Shown here piece by piece: positions 36,732-61,373 of a stretch of 64,000 nt of DNA (position 1 is its first letter; the number at the start of each line of letters is the position of its first letter). A model generated the notes under the pieces. It did not search any database, was not told the DNA's origin, and saw only the letters and a list, made by a program, of their open reading frames with translations. The DNA lies in NCBI GenBank assembly GCA_001179505.1, contig CDMY01000324.1, forward strand, positions 56,051 through 120,050. Direction: 5' to 3'. The translations under genes were made by a program, and so were the position numbers. The stretch comes from Vitrella brassicaformis CCMP3155. Its lineage: Eukaryota > Protista > Chromerida.

Positions 36732-38475
36732 GGTGGGCAAGGACGCCAAGCGAGATCATGACAATCGGACGCCCGGACGGGTGAGCTCAAGGCGCGACAT
36801 CTTTGCCATGTTTGCAATGATGTTTTCTTGCTTCTTCTTTGCAGATGTACCGTCCTGGTCTTCCCGAGCCGCCGTCCAAGACCCCCAAGGGGCTCAACCA
36901 GCTGCCCATCCAGCGGCCTCTCAAGCCTGTAGCGCAGATCGCGGGCAGCGGGGAGGGGCGGGTGGCCGATGGAGGGATGCAAGGAGGGACCGACGAGGGC
37001 AATAGCAAACGGTGAGGAGATCCGTCTAGAGAGAAAGAAGGACACAGTTGATGGCTCACGGCTTGTGTGTGTGTGTGTGTGTGTTCAGTGTGTCGGCTGT
37101 GGCGTCGACGGCACGAGAGATGGTGTTGATAGACTTCTCCGAGAGTGAGCTGGAGTCGCTGCTGCAGCGGGTGGTGGAGGAAACGCTCGAGCGCAAGCTC
37201 AAGCCGGTGTACGACCTGCTGGCCGCCGTAGAGACCACCATTCAGCAGCAGCAGGGGCAGCAGCAGGGGCAGCAGCAGGGGCAGCGGGGGGCGGAGGGGA
37301 CACTGGCTAGTGGGGCGGCGGGCGTAGACATAGCTAAGGAGAAGGAGGGTGGCATAGAGAAAGAGGGGAACAGGGGGCCGAGGATGAGCATCGCCTCAAC
37401 CAAGTCAGCACATGACACCCCCATCGACAGACAATGTTCATATAAAACACATCCATTGTCCATTTCCTCTCTCTGTTTCCCTCACTCGTTCAGGCCAGAG
37501 CCGTCCGTCAAGAGTAGCCATACCGACACAGCCCCCATCGCCACACAGACCACACTCAAGACCTCCCCTCCCCCTCCCCCTCCCCCACCCCCGCCCCAGC
37601 AGACCACAGAGAACAACACCAGCCTCCCGCCGCTCTGCCCCACATCGACCGTCGACACGACAGTGGGTGTTGCTGCTGCTGACGGTGTTGGTTTTGGTTT
37701 TGGTGTTGGTGTTGGTGTTGGTAGTCGTCGGTCGCACAATCCGCTGGCGTGGCTGGACGAGGAGGAGCTCGAGGGCACACCCCACCAGATGAGGCTGGCC
37801 AAGCTCATACAGGAGCAGGAGGACAGCGAGGAGGGAAAACTGGCGGACAAACAGGATAGGTATGTCGGCCGGTGGGGTGGGTATGGGCCACTGTGGGGTG
37901 TGTGATCTGTATTTCTGTGTGTGTTCTGTCCTGCGTGTGTGTATGCAGTGGTATGTCTAATACTGGTGGGGACGCCATCGTCGTGTCCGATACTACACCC
38001 GAAAGCCGCGTGTACACTGGCAGGTATGTGTCCATACACACAAGTGGCCATTTGAGACATGTCGAGAGTTCTGTACGCAGTCGCATCAACGAGGTGGATT
38101 CTGCTAAGTTGGCGGCGCTGCGTCGCGACGGCCCGCTATCGGGCGGCCATGGGGCGACGGTCACGGGGGAGGAGCTGGGGGTGGGGTTCTCGCCCCTCAG
38201 TGAGCGAGTGACGCCCCTCGGCCGCCACCCCGCCTCTGCATCCAACAAGACAGGCAGCAAACCACACGAGCCCACGGTACGGTCGGCGTATACGAGACAC
38301 CCACTACACTGTCCTTCTGTGCATCTGTGTCTCTGTGTGTGGTTTGTTTGTGTTGCAGAGCGAGCTTCTGAGCCGTGTGCATGACCTGTTGCGGGACCGC
38401 AGACGCAGCCGTGAGGGCGGCCAGGGCAGCGACGCCCACTCGTCACCCCGCCCCAGCGACAGGGCCAACAACTGA
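36730..38475 (+). CDS. Hypothetical low-complexity/coiled-coil protein, spliced
   Basis: Strong acceptor TTCTTCTTTGCAG at 36844. Exons include MVLIDFSESELESLLQRVVEETLERKLKPVYDLL with poly-Q, poly-P and GV repeats. The final exon ends RANN* at 38473-38475. Confidence 0.5.
37243..37285 (+). repeat. Coding 12-nt tandem repeat CAGCAGCAGGGG (QQQG) x3
   Basis: Read directly from the sequence and translated as QQQQGQQQGQQQGQR. Confidence 0.8.
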
Positions 38476-39242
38476 CCTACCCACAGCCACACAGACAGAC
38501 AGACAGACAGACCGATGGATCGATAAATAGATGGCCCATGCAGGCAGACAGACAACAATGGGAAGCGATTGTAGCCGCACGTAGCTATGGAGAGGTGTGG
38601 AGAGTTGGCTGACTGTGTGTCTGCTGCCTGCAACATGCGATGGGCTGCCTGTGTGTGATATGGCTGGACTCATGCAGACAGCTGGTGTGCTGTGGTCATT
38701 GAAATATTGAAATGCTGCTGTTGCAACGGTGTGTCGCTGACGGCGTCCACCACCAGCCGCCAGTGGACCAGCTGCGGGAGTCTCGGAAGGATGCAACAGC
38801 ACTCACGAAAGAATGCACCGTGATGTGGGTCTTCATTATGTTTGCTCACGCTAGGCAAATGCTCTGTCCGTCATGCATGATCATCGATTCGGTAACTTGT
38901 CGCTGCGATGTGCAAGAGGGTAAGCACCGGTAGGCCACTCATGAAGACCAGACAGATTAATGACCGCAATGGCTTCACTCCTCCACAGTCCCTCCCTCCC
39001 TCACAGTATACATGTGTTTTCTCTTGTTGTCTTGTGTTTGTCAGATACAGAACCGATTTGCGCAGATTCGGATGCGAAAAAGGAGAAGAAGAAGGAGTGA
39101 AGTTTGAATGAATGCAGGAAGATTCGGCTCGGCATGCATGCGCACAAGTGGTGTCCATGTGGCTGTCTGACTGGAGTGTCTGTCAGCAGAATGTGTGTTC
39201 GAGGTTGATTGGTGTACTGCGTTGATTCATTCACTACGCCAG

Positions 39243-39488
39243 CCCACCGAGGCTTACCCCTTCAACCCCAACGGCTCACCGCAAGGCATCGTCGGCCTCT
39301 GCAGCCCTGACGGCCGCCACCTGGCTCTCATGCCACACCCCGAGCGATGCATCCTCACCTACCAGTGGCCGTACGCGCCGCAAGGGTGGACCAAACAGCA
39401 CAGGGAGGGGGAGCTGTGGGGCCGGCACGTGGCGCCCTGGATCAAAATGTTCCAGAATGCACGACAGTGGTGCGAGAGAAATGCGTAG
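39243..39488 (+). pseudogene. purL: Isolated last exon of phosphoribosylformylglycinamidine synthase (FGAM synthase/PurL, glutaminase-domain C-terminus)
   Basis: PTEAYPFNPNGSPQGIVGLCSPDGRHLALMPHPER...PWIKMFQNARQWC is the hallmark large-PurL/PFAS C-terminus. It is preceded by an AG at 39241-39242. No other PurL exon is recognisable in the window. Confidence 0.8.
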
Positions 39489-39946
39489 CTGCTGGGTCGG
39501 TGGCTAGGTGGTTGCGTCAGTCGGGGAGCTGCTTGTCTCGTGTGTGCGTGATGACTGGCTTGTCTTTTTCCCTCTGTCACTCTCCTCTGTGTGGTGTGAA
39601 TCATATTATGCTGGCCGATCGACCAATGGGGTCATTTTTTGAATGTCGTGTGGCGTGATCGTGTCCGTCGGTCCGTCCCGAGAGAGGGAGGGGTACCGGC
39701 GCGTAAGGCCCTCTAGCTAGATCTCGCAGTGGCGGGATCCGTAGGACACTTTTCGTGTGTGTTTATGTGTGTGACAGTCAGTTAGGTGTGTCTCTGTCTG
39801 TCTGTCTGTCTGTCTGTGTGCAGCGACCGATCGCCCACTGAATACGCAGACGTACACACAATCGCAATCAATCAGACTCCCCACTCCCACACTCACAAGC
39901 AATTGCAAGCGACCCGAAGCAAGCAATCGGGTGTGAGTCGAGAGAG

Positions 39947-41174
39947 ATGGTGAGCGGTGACGTGGAGAGCCAGACGCCCCTCATCGGGCAGCGCGGCCAG
40001 CTGGTGACCAAGGACATCGAAGTGGACATTCGCAGAGACTTCATCCTCAAGGTAGCTTACCCACGTGTCGATAGATGTCTCACATCAGCTGACTGAGCGT
40101 GACTTGCTTTGTCCCTGTTGTTTGTGTCTCCGTGATCAGGTCTATGGGATACTCGCCACGCAGATCATCCTCACCGTCCTCGTCGCGCTGCCCTTCGTAC
40201 TCGTCGACGCCGTCCAGAGTCAGATGAGACACACACAAAGACACACACACAGAGAGAGAGAGAGAGAGAGGGACACCGTCGTGTCTGACTCGTCTGTATG
40301 TCTGTGTGTGTGTCTCGGTGCATGCAGCGTTTGTGCGCGACAACTCGGGCCTGATCGGCTTCGTGACCATCCTGAGTGTGTTCGCCTTCCTCATAACCTT
40401 TTCGCTGAAGCCTGAATGGATCAAAACGCACCCCTACGGACTAATCGTGAGCCGCGGACAGCGAGACACACAACAAAGAGGGCCATCCATTTCATCTCTC
40501 TGTGTCGGGTTGGCAGACGCTGTTTGGCTTCACCGTCGTGGAGGGCGTCTTCATCGGAACGCTGTGTGTGTTCCTGACACCCTCGACCGTGCTGTTCACC
40601 GTGGGTGTGGGTGTGGTGATCGTCGGATCGCTGACGGCCTGGGCGGTCTTCGCCAAAGCCGACTTCACAGGTACACACACGGCGACACGTGACAGCCACA
40701 CTCAACCACACACACGCAATGTCTTGCAGGTTACGCGCCGTTCGTCTACGTGGCGGGGCTGGTGTTTTGTGTTGTTCCTCATCGCCGGCCTCCTGTTGAT
40801 GCCATTCCTGCCTGGCGTACGGACAACTCAGACAAGACACAGAGGACACACACATGTGACTCGCTGCGTGTGTGTCTCTTTGTGTGGATTGTGCAGGTGT
40901 CCGTGTTCAACATGGTCATCTCAGCGTTGTTGGTGCTGTTCTTCTCGGCCTACCTGGTCATCGACACGCAGGCCATATTGGGCGGCCAACACAAGTATCA
41001 GTTCACAGTGGACGACTACGTCTTCGCCGCACTGGTGAGCCCCACCCCCAACACGCGCAGTGACATACACGGCAATCAGTGTGTCGTGTTGGTCCTGTAG
41101 GCGATTTACCTCGACATCGTCAACATCGTATAATTCTGATCCAGCTGCTCTCTGCATTCGGACAGCGCAAGTGA
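39947..41174 (+). CDS. Bax inhibitor-1/TMBIM (lifeguard-like) membrane protein, spliced; last helix broken by an apparent -1 frameshift
   Basis: IRRDFILKVYGILATQII, AYLVIDTQAILGGQHKYQFTVDDYVFAAL|AIYLDIVN. There is an in-frame TAA at 41131 and a hydrophobic continuation IILIQLLSAFGQRK* in the -1 frame to 41174. Confidence 0.85.
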
Positions 41175-42022
41175 GAGCAAGGCCGACAGACAACAGGGGA
41201 CAAGGGAAGGACAGCCACACAAGACTGACTGACTGCCTGACTGACGACGTGTAAGAGAGATCAATGGTTGACAGACTTCTTGATTGATGAATGCACTCAC
41301 ATTCATTCAAGTCACTGATATGATGGGGTGAAATGTATGTAGAAAACTGAGTATCTGCACAAACGGCACACCATCCGTTCATCCATCCACCAGCGCACGC
41401 ACATGCTGTCGGTGTCTTGCGACTGCGATGACACATCATGCACGTAACTGCCATTTCACACCTCTTCGCACAAGACGAAAACAACTCAAGACGTGCAAGA
41501 GGCACCGAGAGATGGCCACACATCATTCGAATGCCGGCCGCTGTTCTCCACCCTTCCCCCGCCCCCATACTGATGTGCCGTTCTTCCTACACGTGCGTCG
41601 CATGGCAGTGGGCTGCATGTGAGCACACACGCAGCAGGCTCGGGCCATCAAGATGAAGGACGGGGGCTGGAGAACATCGCGACATTCAGCTGGCCAGACG
41701 AGAGAGGGAGGGGAAAGCTCATCGATGGGGCTGCTCTCTTCTCCAAAAATGTCCATCCCGGCCTTAAAACGCCAACCAATCAACCAGACCAATGCACCAG
41801 CACCGTCCGTCCCCCGCTCGCAGAGGGACTTAAATCACCACACATCTAGACATGGCATGGCACGCACCCGCACCTCCCCCACCGACACGACACGAGCATG
41901 CATGCGCCATCCGACCGTGAAAAAGCCTTCCTCACTCTTCAAAACGGCCCCACATCACACACACACACACACACGCACAAGCAGACGAAGACTACCACAC
42001 CTACCGCTCTCTTCTCTATCAC

Positions 42023-43659
42023 TCACTTCTTGGCGACTGCCTCCCTCCTCTGTCTGACGGCCGCAGCGAGGTTCTCGAGCACCTTGACCGTGTCCATCCA
42101 GTGGATGCAGGCATCAGTCACCGACACGCCGTACCGCAGGCTCGACAGCACCGTCGACCGCTGCCCCTCTGGGCCGAGCTGCCCGGGCCCGCTGCCGTGC
42201 AGGGTGGTGGGGGAGTCGTTCTTGTTGTTGATGATGTCGGACAGCTTGTCGCCGGTGGGGAGGTCCTGCTTGCCCTCGAAGAGGTGGGACTCGATCATCA
42301 CGCCCATGATGCCCATCTCGCCCTTGGACAGCTGGCTGCAGATGTCCTCGGCTACCTGCAACAAACAGAGACGAGATGTCGCCGTGTGTTGGGCCTTCCC
42401 TTCTCCCCCTCTGGCAGGCAGGGAGCAGGACTGACCTTGGGTTGCCTGTTGTGGTCCTTCTGGCTGTTGCCGTGGGAGCAGTCGACCATGACCTTGGGCA
42501 CCACCTTGTTCTTGGTCAGCTTGTCAGCGGCGCCCTGGATGTGCTCTGAGGCGTAGTTGGGGCCCGTCGCACCGCCTCGCAGCACCACGTGTGTGTCCTT
42601 ATTGCCCATCGACAGCACGATGGCCGGCAGCCCCTGCTTGGTGATCGACAGGAAACTGTGGGGGAACTGCGCCGATCGCACCGCGTCGATGGCCACCTGT
42701 ATGTCACCTGACGAAGAGCAAGACAAACAAGGATCAGAGAGCGAATGGTTGTCAGTCACGTGGGGATAGAACGCACCTGAGGTGGCGTTCTTGAAGCCGA
42801 CGGGCATGGACAGCCCCGATGCGAGTTGTCGGTGCAGCTGGCTCTCGGTGGTGCGGGCGCCGATGGCCGCCCAAGCGACAAGGTCGGCGATGTACTGAGG
42901 GATCATGGTGTCCAGGAACTCACACGCACACGGCAGCTCCATGTTGTTGATGTCAGCCAGGATGCGACGACCGATCTTCAGACCCTGCCAGCCAAAGAGC
43001 ACACGAGAGAGAGGTGTGTCAGTGCTCATGCGGCGGGGAGGTGTGTGAAGAGAAGCATGGTGCTGGTCACGTGGTTGATGTCGTATGATTCGTCGAGGTG
43101 GGGGTCGTTGATGAGGCCCTTCCACCCCACAGTCGTACGCGGCTTCTCGAAGTACACACGCATCAGAATCAACAAATCCTTGGACAGACGGGTCGCCTCG
43201 GCCTGCACACACACACACACACACACGGACACACACACGGAGCAGCCGGCGCGTGAACACTACGTCACACCTTTCTTGATGCGTATGTATCGTATTGCAC
43301 ACCTTGAGTCTTGTCCCATACTCAATGGCGGCCTTTGCATCGTGGATGGAGCACGGCCCCACGACGACCACGAGCCTGTCGTCCTTTCCGTTGAGTATGT
43401 CCGAGACGGCCTGTCTTGCCTGCTGCACGGTCCTCTTGCCCTGCGGCGTGTTGGGGATCTCCTCCATCAGCAGCTGGGGGTAGATGACGGCCTTGATGGA
43501 CTCGATGCGCAGGTTGTCCACCTCGGGGTCGGTGAAGTACTCGGTGAAGTGCCGCTGGGAGGCCGGGCCGCCCTCCACCCCATCAACGGCATCGATCTTC
43601 CGCTTTTTCCGCTCCTCACCATTCGCCATCGCTGGCACAGCTGCACCATTGCTCGACAT
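42023..43659 (-). CDS. aroG: Class I (I-alpha, AroF/G/H-type) DAHP synthase, 5 exons
   Basis: [79 protein letters not shown] and [10 protein letters not shown]. Confidence 0.95.
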
Positions 43660-43844
43660 CCCCAATACGACGCGGAGAAATGGGGTGGCAGATCTGCAGA
43701 GCTCGCAAGCGCGCTTCCTGGAGGCGAGTGGCTTGCGAAATGAAGCTTTGCACCAGAATGGAGTGCAATGATTCGATGCAGGCGTCCCGGTTGCCGGCCG
43801 AGAAACGGCACTCGTGTGTGTGGAGATGCCGGCCACCACCAGGC
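43660..43844. promoter_or_regulatory. Putative bidirectional promoter between DAHP synthase and HtrA
   Basis: Divergent ATGs of two well-supported genes lie 185 nt apart. Confidence 0.55.
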
Positions 43845-46053
<2,209 letters not shown>

Positions 46054-46554
46054 GGGATGGGTGCATGGATGGACGAATGAATGTCTGATGTGTCGACCTG
46101 ACAGTGGGGGGTGTTGTGTCTTTTGACAAATATGAGACAGACTCCTCCCAGCGTGTGTGTGTGTGTCGTGGAGCGAGTCGATTTAATCTTTATGCGTGCC
46201 TGTCGTGTCGTCGGCCGGTCAGGTCAAAGTGTCAGAAAGAGCATCAATCACGTCAGTCAGCACGGACCGCAGCACGAGTCAGTCGAGTCAGTCTGTAGCC
46301 ATTAAACAAACATACAAATGTATGTGCTGTGCGTGTGAATGAATGAATGAATGAGCGCCCACCCCACCCCACCCCACCATACCATCCTCCGTCAGGGAGA
46401 CAAGAGAGGTCGCAGACAGACGAGAGAGGAGAGCAAGCCAGGCAGGTAGGTAGGGTAGGTAGGCATTCGGCATGGCATCATCGTATAGCACACGCACCAA
46501 TGGATTGGATTGGCGAACGCACAGAGACCAAAAAATAGGTCTTACGGAGGGGGG

Positions 46555-46853
46555 NNNNNNNNNNNNNNNNNNNNNNNNNNNNNNNNNNNNNNNNNNNNNN
46601 NNNNNNNNNNNNNNNNNNNNNNNNNNNNNNNNNNNNNNNNNNNNNNNNNNNNNNNNNNNNNNNNNNNNNNNNNNNNNNNNNNNNNNNNNNNNNNNNNNNN
46701 NNNNNNNNNNNNNNNNNNNNNNNNNNNNNNNNNNNNNNNNNNNNNNNNNNNNNNNNNNNNNNNNNNNNNNNNNNNNNNNNNNNNNNNNNNNNNNNNNNNN
46801 NNNNNNNNNNNNNNNNNNNNNNNNNNNNNNNNNNNNNNNNNNNNNNNNNNNNN
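46555..46853. other. Assembly gap (299 N) flanked by poly-G on both sides
   Basis: Run of N, with GGAGGGGGG before it and GGGGGGGAAGGGGGGGGGGGGAG after it. Confidence 0.98.
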
Positions 46854-47987
46854 NGGGGGGAAGGGGGGGGGGGGAGCTAGAGGACGCTACACACAGTGGG
46901 GGGAGGCAACGGGGACGGAGGGGCACCGCGTCCATTCATCCATCCATCCATCAAGTGGGTCATGAGAAACACCACGTGCGCCGGTAGGAAACAGGAGTGT
47001 GCACGTCAATGCGTGTGGATCCACACACACACACACAGACTCATGAGGCTCTCTGTCTGTCAGGTCGATAAGCCAGGTCATCACGTCAGTCACGTCAGGT
47101 CGTCTCCACCTCTCTCCCACGCGCATGCAAAACTGTCGTCAGTCACCGCTCTCCTACCCACTCACGCCCTCAGTCAGTCAGTCAGGTTAATTGGCCAGAA
47201 AGCCAGGGAGGGGTGTGTGCCCTCGATTGGGTGGATGTGTGTGTGTGTGTGTGTATGTGAGTGAGTCAAGGCGGCAAGGGACAGATTAACACGAAACACA
47301 TCAATCGGTCCCTTTTCCCCCCATATGCACACGGATGGATGGACGAAGGAACGAAGGAATGGCCGTCTGTCTGTCTTTCTGTCTGTCTGTCTGTCTGGGA
47401 GAAAGAGGGTCACCACCCAGCCGACAGGCAAGACAAGTACATGGCATGGTCAGAAAGACATACCAAGCAATGATGAACGCACGCACTGTGTGTAGCGACA
47501 GGAAGTGAGACAAACAGGTAGCCAGGCAGGAAGGCAGGTAGGTACGAGCAGGTACGACAAGAAAGAAAGAAATCGTGCAGTCAGGCAGGTACACATACTC
47601 AACAACCACAATGGCGGGCAACATGAGTCCCCTCCCTCCCCTCCCGCCCCTTAAATTGGCCGCGTACATGGTATGTATGTGTTTTGCTGTGTCCGTACGC
47701 AGGTGGGAGCATACCATACACGTCGACAAAAGCACTCACTCACTCACTCCCTTGTCGGTCGGGTACTCACTATCAATCACGTCTAGAAATCGTGGCAATC
47801 GATCGCTCCCCGGCACGCACACACGCACGCACGCACACACGTATCCATCCAATAATATAGCCAGATACGTATCAAAACTTCCCACTTACGTCCACCACTG
47901 CCCACCACCACCGCCAAGACAGCACTCTTGCCTCCTCCATCCATCCATCCGGCGGCCCATCCATCCATCCATCCATCCATCCCCTGG

Positions 47988-50289
47988 CTATCCGAGTGAG
48001 CTCAGGTTGGCGTTCGACAGCGTGGCCACCGAGCTGCGCGACGGCACCTGCACGACACACACACGACAGGAGAGAAGCGAGAAATGCACCAATCGTCCAT
48101 CCATTCCCCCCCCTCTCTCTCTGTGTGTGTGTATGTGGTACCTTCTTCATCATGCTGACGGTCTCCTCTGGTGCGAGGAGTGCCTGTGAGGGGACCTTCC
48201 TCATGATCTGGACGAACTGGTCGAACCCGATCTCGCCGTCCTGCCCCCAGTCGCCCTCGAACAGCTCGCTGTCCGTGTCTGGGAAGTCTCCCTCCTCGGG
48301 CGAGAAGCCCCCGTTGTGCATGGGCCCCCCGCCCGGCGCCCCCGCCATGTGGATGACCTGGCGCAGCTCGTCCTTGGAGATGCGGCCGTTGCCGTCGATG
48401 TCGAAGACGCGGAATGCGGCCCGGCAGGCCTCCTCCTGGATGTAGTGGGACTGATTGAGGCAGGCGGCCAGGAACTCCGTGTAGTCGACGGTGCCGGTGG
48501 CGGCCGTGTCGACGTCCTGGAGGATCTTCTCGAAGTCGGCGGGGATCTGCCGCATCCCGCCCGCCATGATGCCCTCGCGGATCTCGGCCGCCGTCAGCTT
48601 CCCGTTGCCCCGCTTGTCGAGCATCATGAAGGCCTCCTTGAGCGTCTCGATGTCGTTGTCGCTCATCTGCTGGGCTATCACCGTTAGCGCGATCTTCTTC
48701 ATCCGCGAGAGCCCCTGGAACCGCCGGAACTTGGCGAGGATGTCGAAGCCCAGCGGCCGGCTGGCTGCGGGGTTCTCGGGGGTGAATGCGTGGAACCAGG
48801 GGTGCTGCAGGGCCTCGTCGGCGGTGATGCGGTACTTGGGGTGACGGGTGAGCAGCTTGGTGATGAGGTCCTTGGCCTCGTTGGACACCTGCTGCCACTC
48901 CGCCTCGGGGAACTGGAACTTGCCGATCTTCACCTTCTGCATGATCTCGGCGTCACTGATTGATTGATTCAACCATACCACCACACACACACACACACAC
49001 ATACGAATGAGAAAGGGGGCATCCATCGCCGCGTGTGTGGGTGGGGTGTGGGGTGGGTGTGATGCTTTCTTTGCTTACGATGGTCCGTTGAATGGCGGGT
49101 ATCCGCAGAGGAGGATGTACATCATGACGCCGGCCGACCACACGTCGCACTCTGGCCCATACCTGCCCTCGAGCACCTGGGGGCTGACGTAGTAGGGGGT
49201 CCCCGCCCGTGTCCGCATGGGCTCGCCCGTCGTGAAGCGGGTGGCCAGGCCGAAGTCGATGAGCTTGATGGGGCTGTCCTTGGTCTTCTTGAGGAAGAGG
49301 AAATTCTCGGGCTTGAGGTCGCGGTGGGCCACGCCGCAGTTGTGGCAGTACTGGATGGCGCTGAGGATCTGCCGCAGCAGGCGCGCGGCGTCCTCCTCTG
49401 TGAATGTGCCCTCATCGAGGAGGCGGTCGAACAGCTCGCCGCCCTGGCACATCTCCATGACGAGGTAGATGTCGGTGGGGTCCTCGAAGGTCTCGTACAG
49501 CCGGACGATGTTGGGGTGGTCGAGCGACTTCATGATGTCGATCTCCTGCCGGAACCGGTCGATGTCCTCCACGTAGCACTTGGGGATCTTCTTGGCCGCA
49601 CGCACCATCCCCGTCGCCTTGTTAACCACCTCGTGCACCGAACCCCAGGTCCCCTGACCCACCTTCTCGGTCATCCGGTAGTACCGCGTCATCGGCCCTG
49701 TGTTGGCCAAGATGAACGCCTCGCGCTGGAATGTGTGCCCGCGGCGGGGTGTCAGCGGCCGCTCGTTGGCCGGCTCGCCGGCCGGGGGAGGCAGGCCAGC
49801 GCCGTAGAAGCGCGACGCCTCGGGGTCGGGGTGGCACTCTGGGCTGGCCTCGCCGGTGCCCGGCCTGAAGCCGTGGTGGCCGTAGGCGTCGTTGTAGGAG
49901 CTGAAGGCCCCGCCACCGCTGCCGTTGTTGTCGTAGGACACGGTGAGGGGCTCGTACGTCATGGTTGAGAGGTTGGGGTCGCCCCAGTTGTTGCGGATGG
50001 TGGTGAGGTGGTTCCTCTGGATAGAGAGGGAGCGGTTGCCGCCGATGGGCTCCCACCGGACCTGCTCAGGCGACCGCCGGATGATGTACTTGTACTCGGT
50101 GATGCCGCTGCCCTCCGGCCGGAAATGAATCTCGGGCGACTTCCACTCGGGGAAGGTCTCGGCCGTCGTCGTCAGGGGGATGGCCTTGGCGGCACCCCAC
50201 GACCCCAGCGTCTCGTCCGCACCGATGACGCACACAGACTCGCCCACATGGGTCTCGCGACACGTGCACAGGAAACACACCGCCGCCAT
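47988..50289 (-). CDS. CDPK2: Calcium-dependent protein kinase with N-terminal CBM20 starch-binding module (CDPK2-type), 3 exons
   Basis: CBM20: ETHVGESVCVIGADETLGSWGAAKAIPL...FPEW...EYKYII...WE..GNR. Kinase: VGQGTWG, AAKKI, HRDLKPEN, IDFG, GTPYYVSPQ. Four EF-hand-like loops follow. The architecture matches Toxoplasma CDPK2. Confidence 0.92.
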
Positions 50290-50656
50290 CGAGGTGGCAC
50301 CGAGAGAGGGACGTAGCTACGCGGTCGCAGGCAGGCACCCTGGTCAGTCAGGAGGCCACTCGAGAAATGACAGCCGCTCGAGATACCACAGCCGTGAGAC
50401 GACGACAGGTCAGGAAGCAAAATGAACCAAAGAGGATGAAGCACTTCATGCTTCACTCATACGTCTGCCCTCTGCTTGGTCTTTCCTTCACCCTTTCTGC
50501 TTTGCGAGCTTAGCTTGCAAAGGCAAACAGTGTCTCGACGTGAAAAAGCGAAAGCAGAGCGGTTCTGGGCATCGATAACCTTAGCTTGACTGCAGATGCG
50601 CCTGTCGGTGTGTTGATCTCCAGTCGGGAGTGACTGACCCGTCGATACGGTCGGCC
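50290..50656. promoter_or_regulatory. Putative bidirectional promoter between CDPK2 and PRPF8
   Basis: Divergent ATGs lie 367 nt apart in a microsatellite-free interval. Confidence 0.55.

Positions 50657-61373
<10,717 letters not shown>

Noticed and set aside
41523-41792. Small ORF MDIFGEESSPIDEL... between BI-1 and DAHP synthase
   Set aside because: No recognisable motif or splice context, and it probably lies in 3' UTR sequence.
48002-48898. Long alternative-frame and antisense ORFs (also 10311-11024, 56337-57167, 57808-58491 and many others)
   Set aside because: These are shadows of GC3-rich coding exons. They are Arg/Pro/Ala-rich or CVCV/HTHT translations of microsatellites with no independent motif.
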